DNA of 64,000 nucleotides, from positions 744,001 through 808,000 of the forward strand of contig CM038998.1 in NCBI GenBank assembly GCA_017499595.2, read 5' to 3'. The position numbers and the translations under genes were made by a program. Shown here piece after piece: positions 55,655 through 64,000 of this stretch. The notes under the pieces were generated by a model that made no database searches, was not told where the DNA came from, and saw only the letters and a program-made list of their open reading frames with translations. How positions within the stretch are numbered: the first letter of the stretch is position 1; the number at the start of each line of letters is the position of its first letter. This DNA comes from Psilocybe cubensis (Eukaryota).

Positions 55655-57370
55655 AAGAAAGACACATGCAACAAAGACAATCCAAAATTTACCTCAAGCG
55701 TCAACGCTTCTTCAAATTTACCAACGCGTCGTCATGCGCCGCCCTATTATCCCGAAACCCAAATCCACCCATGTCTGCGTCACCAGTCGTCATCCCAGCG
55801 TCAAGCAAACTTTTATCCGCGTGTTGCTTTTGCTGGCATCCCCTTCCCACAGAGCAAAAATACAAAGATAGGGCGGGGGCCACTCATCGGTGAAATGGCT
55901 GCTCTTCCGATGACCGGTGGTATTTATGGCTCATCGTCATCATCATCCAAAAAACGCTGTGCTCGGTGAGTCGGTCTCTGATGACTTCGTCATACCGGAC
56001 GTTAAATATTTTGTTCAGAGAAAAATCACCAACGCTGCTTGTCTTTATTCGCTCTCCGGTATCCGTTCTTTGCCTCCCACCAGCATTTGACGAGTTGCAT
56101 TGACTTTGTTGACATTCAATACCAACATCGACCGCCCCACCCGGGTTCCGGTTCCGGGTTTCTCATTCCAACCAGTTCCAAAACCCTTTTCCCGCCCTTC
56201 ATCCTGTCAGATGATGTGTTCCTCCGACATTTCCTATATGTTCCTACATACGTTGCTTGATACGTTTTTGTCTCTCAACAATGTCAATGATCCGGGGTGA
56301 GCAACAACAAGCGGAAATTCAATCATGGGATTCCGAGTTGCGTAGTAATTTCATTCTTCTATCCGACCAGACACATCGGCGGCCTTTTGTTACAATATGG
56401 ATGAAGATAAAGGATGCCAGTTCTATGCTGTCTTTCAGGATAATTATTTTAGACCTGAAAGAACCATAATTTTCCCAAAGAAAGCAACGTCTGGTAAGAC
56501 TTAGGCAACTAAAGATCTTACGCTTCTGCCGAATCTTTTCTTGCTTGCTCTCCCATGATATACATCACTTGAACTCAACCAAGACTGAAACCGAAGTGCG
56601 GAGGCACATGGCTCCTATGCATCAACTCATCGAAGCACTTTGCTTTCACTGACACATATTGTTATTCTTGATACTGGGTGCAATGTAAATGAATACGACG
56701 ACGAAGCTATGTATGCAAAACGAGTGTGAGGTAGAAATGTATAGGCTAAATGCAAAGAGAACTTGAAAAGCGATGGGATAACAGATGCGGCAAATTGCTC
56801 GTCGAGTGTCCGTGAGATATGTACGAAGCTCAAAGAAAAATGAAAGCGAAAACTGTATGTATGCATGCAGGCAAAAGAGACAGAATATTGATGATCATGG
56901 TACAAATGTGTGGCTTGATGGTTATGAAGAAGATGGAATGCGAATAATGATGGGAGGTATAAAAAAGCATAGGTTTTGGAAGGTAGAGAGAAGAGAGGAT
57001 TTTGTGAAAATAGACGATACTTGCAACACATGATAAGAATAAAAAAACGCAGTTGTCGTTACCGATGTGCAAATGGCCTGAAGAATGAAGATGAGATATT
57101 CCGATTGCAGTGGGCTGTGGTGATATGAATGAGGCTTGAGCTCGATGCTTGATGTATTGAACGAAGAGATTTGCGAACAGTGGATCGTATGCTTGATTAT
57201 TACGCCTTTCGGTGTGAATATGATACTTTATGATGACCGACTTTGAAAACGGTCCAGATAGTTCCAAGACAAACTGTTGAGATGCGAAGCTTTTGTTGAA
57301 TTTGAAAAATTGTTTTGATATAACCACAGGAAGGCCCTCCGAGGCTGCTGTCTGGGTCGAAAGATATTAT

Positions 57371-60158
57371 TTAGTAGCCGTAGTATGCGCGCTAGATGCA
57401 AACAATCAGAATGTTAATTAAGAGTGGAATATGAAATAGCGTTTACCATACGGTCACTGTAGTATACGTTGATATTTTATCAGCGTTTGACTCGAGTAGA
57501 AAAGATGAAGGCAAACGCACAAAAGCCAGATGACTTTGGAACCCGTTTTGCATCCTCTTAGAGTCACAATATGACCTCGAATGCATTCATACAGGAGTGC
57601 ACGTTGGTCTTTGTCGGCCTAATAAATGTGGATATCAGAAGATTGACGGGATGCACAGAACAACAGGGAATACCGTAGGCAAAACGCTGGCAATTAACTG
57701 GCTGCCGGTGACAGAAAGCGCCAAGTCAACAATCATTGCTCGGCGAGCGCTAAAAGAAAGGAAGTCAAGGTCGAGATACACAGCCACGGAATGTAGCCAA
57801 AAGTAGCTTACCCTTTGGCAGGCTCACACATACGCCTGACGACCTTATCAAGAGTTTCGACGCCACCTTCCTTTAATGCCTTTGTGACCGATTTCGCTCC
57901 TTGTTCGTTGGTGGCAAATTCTAACAAGCCGTCCAATAGATGATCTAGGGTCATACGTTTGTGTTTTTCTGATCCATGCTCTAGGACTGGGTATCGTAGA
58001 TTATAAGTTGATTCACCTCTAAAAAGCTTAGGTTGGCTCACTATGTTGGATACAGTACGACCCCCATTGACTTTTGGTGACTTCGCTAAAGATGGCAAAG
58101 CCATGGTTGAGCAGCTCGTCCACAATTCCGTCTTTGGCCTCAGCCTCCAGGTTCTCAAAGGCGTGCTATCCAAACATGTTAAGTAACATTGAGAGAAATA
58201 AATGGAACGTTAACGAACTTGGACAACGAGAGATCCCGTCTCATGACACGCTAACGACGCCCACTTCCCCTTCAAAGACTTGTTGACGCTGATAACGATT
58301 CTATATATCAATCACCATATAAAATCAATAAATATGCGTACTATGCAAAGATAGGTGGTGCGGGTGGCGTCCAGGATAATTCCATTATCTATGACAAAGT
58401 TCGTCACATTGAAATTACGGAGAAAATATCTTAAAACTAGCTTACCTTGCTCCAGACATGGGAAGCATGTTTATTGACGAGGGTCTGAGCAGGATCCCCG
58501 AGTAGCAACTCAGAAACAATTACGAGACGTATATCCTCTTCACAATCGAGGGCCTTCTGCAAGACATGGCATCCGTAGCAGTTAACCGCCAAGTCAACGA
58601 TGCGACCTCTATAGAGAAAGATAAGTGTGAGTGAATAACTTCATGTAAGGGTCATTCATGTACCTCATACAGGCCACAATCTTTTGCCTTTCCTTTGCCG
58701 TGGAAGCAGCTTCCAAGCATCGTTGTACTGCCCAGTTACCGAAGCTGAAAGAGTAAAGGTTGAGAGAGGCGTTAAGTGAATCAAATCAACGTTAAAAGAC
58801 AGTATGACGTACCGGTGTGCCATCATCTCGAATCCTCGTGCGCAGATAGCATCGACAATTTTTTCTCTTTCCTCTAGATCGGCAACCTTCAGTTTCTGCT
58901 GCAAAAAAATGGAAGCCTGCTGGTCAGATGACTTGATAATACGAGCTACGAAGACGTGGTATGGAGGGGAAGAGGAAGGATGAAGCAAGGATAAAAAATT
59001 GATCGGCTGGAAATACGCATATATGAACAACTGGAGCGCAGAGATGATTAATCATAACTTACTTCATGAGAATTTTGGAAGGATTGAGAAGTAGATGATG
59101 GTTGATAAGTAAACGATGATCGCAATGGCTCTTCCTGCGCTTGTGCAACGTTCACGTTGAAATCGGGAACAGGCTTCTCACTAGCATGGCGCCAGTCCGA
59201 GGGTAGCTGCGTCTGCGAATGGGGCTGGTGAACTTGGTTCAACCTCCAGTCCATAGCAGGGAGACGTGTATGGTCAACACGGCGAGTGGGAGGAGAGCTG
59301 TAATAGGCGTTGGCGACATCGGTGGGATTTGTTACCTGGGCATGAACCTGCACAGCAGATGCAGGTGTCGCAATCTCCGCAAATGGCTCGAAAAAGGGGT
59401 TCGTAGAATGCGGGGCTTGTCGAGTGTGATTTAGATGCGCCAATGGCTGGCGAGGTGGAGGAAAATTCGGGGCCAACCTCTCTTGATGTTTACCGGGGGA
59501 GTTGCTCTCGAAAATGAGAGCTGGGTGGCTGATGAACTGGTGGCCGGGATGGTTGACTTCATACGGCGACTGAAGCTTCACAGGGTCGAAGCTCCTTCCA
59601 GTAGGGGAAAGATCAGTCGGGGTTAAAAGGGCAGACGAGACAGAAGCGGGCGAGAAGTCGGGAGAGTTTGAAGCATTCTCAACGCTTACAGCCAGCGGAG
59701 AGGGCCTGCTGTGTCCGAAGGGGGCCGGCGAGTTCAGATTGAGCGTTCGAAGCAACTGCTCGACGTGCTGAAAGGGATTTTTCATCAATCGATATCTCTT
59801 TTACTTATAAAAAGAAGAAAAAAACCTTGTCTCCAAAGTCGGGACTGTTTTTCTTCCTGCCGTCTCCGATGGCGCCAACCTCCTTCGACCCCACTTGAGA
59901 TGGCTGAGGGGGCCCGAAGACGTCCTCGCGACTGATGAAGGACTGCAAACCGATGTTGGTGATATCAGTTCGCTCGACCTGTTCTGTGTCCTTCTCTGCA
60001 ACCCTGGAGAAAGAGTCAAGAGTCCTGGGCCACGTCGTCTCTGAAGGTTGGGGTTGTGGGGCCCATATGGAGCCCAGGAGGCCAGAAGGCTGTCTGGAAC
60101 GCGGGGGATTAGGATCGTAGGTGGAAATGTACTGCTGGGAGTCTGTAGAGTGGTCCAT
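57371..60158 (-). CDS. Pumilio/PUF RNA-binding protein (meiotic-PUF/Puf8-like subfamily); 5' end uncertain (alternative ATG at 60242)
   Basis: Disordered N-terminus, then PUF repeats SSDQQASIFLQQKLK, HR|FGNWAVQRCLE, NCYGCHVLQKALD, NKHASHVWSK, HETGSLVVQ|HAFEN, SQWGSYCIQH, NEQGAKSVTK, SVTGSQLIAS, and C-terminus GSKVIWLF|DRM|RAYYGY* with a 10-nt exon at 57447-57456. Confidence 0.92.
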
Positions 60159-60429
60159 TGGGGGGAAGGGGAGATTGTTGTGGTCAAGAGTAAGGAGCAT
60201 TGAGGGGATTTTTCGAATTTTATACAACGTCGGGGTTGACATCTTCTGTGTAATTTCGTTGATCACATTCCATATAGGGACAAATTCTTCCCTAACTGGG
60301 ATATTGTTCCAGATCTCCGACGCAAAAAACGTTTCTTTTCAGAGAATTATTGTCGGAAAAGAGGGCTAGAATGCGCATATACTCACTTTTTATTGGTAAA
60401 GAAACATGAAAATATTTCAACTGATTGAA

Positions 60430-62800
60430 TGAGTCACAACTCTAAAGCCAAAACGACACTGGCGTCTCTTGTAATGCGAACTCCGGCCCGAGTCGTCGAG
60501 GCCGAGGAAGACCATTTTTTGACAGTGACTGTCAGGAGACGGTCCCTATTAATGGAATTTGCTAGCGCCTTTATATCATGATTTATCAAGGCTGAGATTG
60601 CGCGTATTACTTTCTCTTGTTTTCCACCACCTTGAAGGAATTTGAAAGCCATGAATTATGACAGGAAAAATGCTATTTACAGTCAACGAAGAACGTTTCG
60701 AAGGATACGAGAGTGATTCTGTCAAGTGGGAAGGACTATACCACATAGTGGTGCTTGCTAATTCCATTCCATAGTCACTGTCAATAGGTATGGCGTTGCA
60801 AATTTAATCTTACGGTGTGTAATTCACATGAGTAGTGGGGGAGGTAATTTCAAGGCGAGCAGGATGTAACTGAGATGATCCCAGTTCGTTATAACCTTCT
60901 TCGAAAACAAAGTAAACTGAATTGACAGAAACACGTATAAACAAGTCCCGAATCCTGCACGGAATACATCTGCCAGACTTTTGTGCCACAGTACTAAACA
61001 TCTATGGTAGGTTGAAACCACAGGAATGGATGTGGGTTGCTGATTGACATTCAATGAACGCATGTTGATTTTGGGCGACTTAATGGCGACCATATATTTA
61101 TTGGATTATCCTCCTACTGACATTGGGATTGATGGTGAGAGCCTTGCTCCACTCAGTAGGATCATGTGGAAAAGACAGGAATGGGAAAGGAGGAAAGTAA
61201 TTCAATGATCGAACTGCTTCTCCCGCGAACCTATTAGCGCTAAGATACTGAGATACATCCAGAAAACTATCGACATATTCATAACAACATGGATTCGTCG
61301 GTGTCATAAAACGGACAATGTCTTGAGGGCTACCCAAAGCGTCATGTTGGTCAGGCATGGGAAAGCTGGTAAACACAGTACATCATTGTTCATAGGAGAT
61401 ACCAAGCTGATAGTTTCATCAGAATCTTCTGATTGTGGTTAGTAGGTTTAATGAGTACCAACTACAATCTTCCTCAACATGTAGGTTGATTGTCTCAACT
61501 GCGGTGATCGAGTTCTATTAGTTGCCTGTGAACCATTTGATGAGGGACAGGAAACCATACCAAAAGAAACCGGATGGTTTGGTTTACGTTCATACTTGAG
61601 CTTCAGGCTCGCGATATCGGTATAGCGAACTAGACCGGCATTCATCCGATTGAACCTCGTCATAGATTGTAGCCCAAGGCACCACATCTAAGAGATTAAT
61701 AAATCAGCTGCCACGGTCAACGACTGTAAGTGGGGTAAATGTCCAGATGTACTAGAACATACCTGGGAAAAGCCCCAGGTCACGGTGTCCATGGCGTGCA
61801 AAACGGCATGCCTTGCGAGCAGGAAGTGCCCCCGAAATTGGTTATTCCCCAGATTCCCCATGCTGCGTGAAGACTCGGTGCAGGGTTCAACAAAACCATT
61901 TGATCTAAATAACACCCGGGACTTCTTTGAGGGATGGACTTTCGATATGTCCTAGAGATAACGTAGTCCATGAAGTCCCGCAGATCGTTGTCCTCAGATG
62001 TGTATGGGAACAATTGGGCTAGCGAGGCGAACTGAGCGCACAGTCAATGTGGTTCACGCCTAAGCGTCGAGGTTCGAATCGATGACAGATAAACTCCCGA
62101 AGCTTGGAAACATAGACGACTTGGGCGCATCCAAATCCGGAGCAACTGAGCGGTTTCCTGATGGCTGAAGAATCAAAATGAGCGGATAAGAAGCTTCTTT
62201 TGGGCGATGGATGGATATTCATGTTCGTTTTGATTATCTTCCGAAGACATTACCCACCTTTGGCAACACGTGTGGAGACTTGTATATATGTTTATATCTA
62301 TGAAAGAGGTCAGTAAGTTTACGATAAGACTGAAGTCCAACCGACCATGGGCCTTTCTGAAGCAAATGTTGGAGAGTAAAACAAGCTCACTCGTAGTGAG
62401 CCTTAATGAGAATGGGTTTCGGATTTTGAGTCCTGCATCTGCAACGGCCATCAAAAAATTGCTCAAAAAATTGCCGTACCCATCAGTTGTCCTGACGGAA
62501 TGGGAGATATCTTTGTCCGCCGTCGATCGCTGACGATGATGGAATGAAAGTTAGTAATATTTTGAAAGCTCTTCATCCCACGAGAGAACCTGATACCAAT
62601 ATGCAGATATCTTTTGCGCAATGGATATAGATGCTTCCGTTCTTGGAAACAGTGTAACCACGGAGCCATGGAGATCATGCCAGATTTGTGTTAGATTACG
62701 GTGATTTTGGCGAACCTGTTGTAGTCTCCGTATGGCGCAGATGGTCAAAAGTCGAAGTTTCTTTTCGATCAAGCTCCGCAGGTCATCTGATAGCTCAGAG
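60430..62800 (-). pseudogene. Decayed long coding region of unknown family
   Basis: ORFs 62551-62772, 62173-62466 and 61780-62013 share one frame broken only by single stops (62551, 62173, 62044). ORFs 61098-61376, 60810-61001 and 60576-60767 share another frame. Confidence 0.4.
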
Positions 62801-64000
62801 CTATATAGAAGATAAATGTGACAAATGAAAAGCGAGTTTGTTTACAGTAGATGATTTTTTGAGCTTTCCTCGAGTTAGTTCAATGTTTGCATACCGTGAA
62901 TTTCTGCGTTAAAACAATGCTTAGCAGATTGCACGCCGCTGTACATCTCGATAGCTAGACAAAGATTGAAATTAAATCGAATTATTAAACGCATTGAAAC
63001 AGACCTAAGTATGACTCTCGGTCCATGGTCGCATCTAGTAATAAGGCGTTGTCGCTGTGGCGGTGGCGTGTTCTAGTCACAACACCCACAACGTCAACTA
63101 TTCCTTGATAAACAATACTTATTGACTAGAGGATGATTAATGTTTGAAGTTTGCCATACAGTCCAGACGCCGAGTCTAGAACGGTTGCAGCTGGGAAAGA
63201 GATGTTTGTCAGAGTGATATATGCGGTGAACAATATATACACAACTTGTAACTGTCAATGAGCGCCGCACAAGCATATTCACAGTAGGGACAGGCACGAA
63301 TGCCATGGGAGCTTATTTCCCTTGTAGTGATCGTTAAATGATTTTGGATACTTTTAAATTTATAGATGAACACGTATTAGGCGTTTCCGCTCACCGACGA
63401 AGAGTATATATGGGCCTCGTGAGAGCCGGTGTACGGTATACACACCGTATTGATCAAGTTTGCAACATTCACAATCCATGGACAAAGTTGACTCGGATGT
63501 ACATATCATGCGACCACAGCAAATCCTGTTTGCGTGCGTTAGTATAGTACCTGGCAATGCTCTGTATTATTCCATTCTTCGGTGATGAGCCGACTCACGT
63601 TTGGTAATGGAAAGCTAAGCGCTCTGATGTGTATAAAATGGCAATTCAATCCTACAATAAATCTCGGCCACGACTTCAACAGAAGTTATCGCATAGAGAA
63701 TACCACATCATAAGCGACTTGAGAAGACAGGTCATGAATAATAGATTACGCACATCATCTAAAGAATCCGTGGAAGTCTTGAAATTTTGAACTTCCGTCA
63801 ATCAGGCATCCATCTGCAAAAAGTGGTTCAAGCAAGCAGACTATTGGGCCATTAGGCCAGGTTTATCATAGCCGGGCAGTACGGAGCCTGTGGAGGTGCC
63901 GATAAGTCATGAGAAGACCAACGTCGTATGGACTTGTGGGTTTATTCGAGGATATGAATAACACGCATCGGCTCAAAATTAGAACCCAAAGGCTAGCAAG

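Noticed and set aside
55690-56240. Minus-strand peptide LLDAGMTTGDADMGGFGFRDNRAAHDDALVNLKKR* convergent with LTO1
   Set aside because: No start codon or splice path without stops could be built; at most a relic.

Overview
Eukaryotic, intron-rich fungal DNA. Short GT-AG introns with CTRAC branch sites and the gene families present point to an agaricomycete (mushroom-forming basidiomycete); the species cannot be determined from sequence alone. I can model 18 protein-coding genes: a TPX2-domain protein, NIF3, complex I 49-kDa subunit (NDUFS2/nuo-49), a mannose-6-phosphate-receptor/Atg27-type sorting receptor, a low-complexity Cys-rich protein resembling the pre-UBC part of BIRC6-type E2 enzymes, annexin, two tandem BTB/POZ genes, a Chs7-type chaperone, an atypical SxxC thioredoxin, a class 3 lipase, a family-16 lysine methyltransferase, an SCI1-like SR protein, a 93-aa orphan not visible in the ORF track, RVB2, mitochondrial uL2m, a Gon7-like protein and LTO1, plus a PUF RNA-binding protein. 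Decayed coding relics lie between them. No tRNA, rRNA, CRISPR array or intact transposon was found. The most unusual signals are: (i) two sharply bounded microsatellite-rich domains (~1-6.1 kb and ~22.2-32.8 kb) in which strand composition alternates C/A-rich then G/T-rich every few hundred bp, flipping synonymous codon usage mid-exon; (ii) a 2-nt micro-exon needed to keep NDUFS2 in frame; (iii) an apparently E2-less BIRC6-like paralog. All family assignments are from motif recognition; no database search was run.
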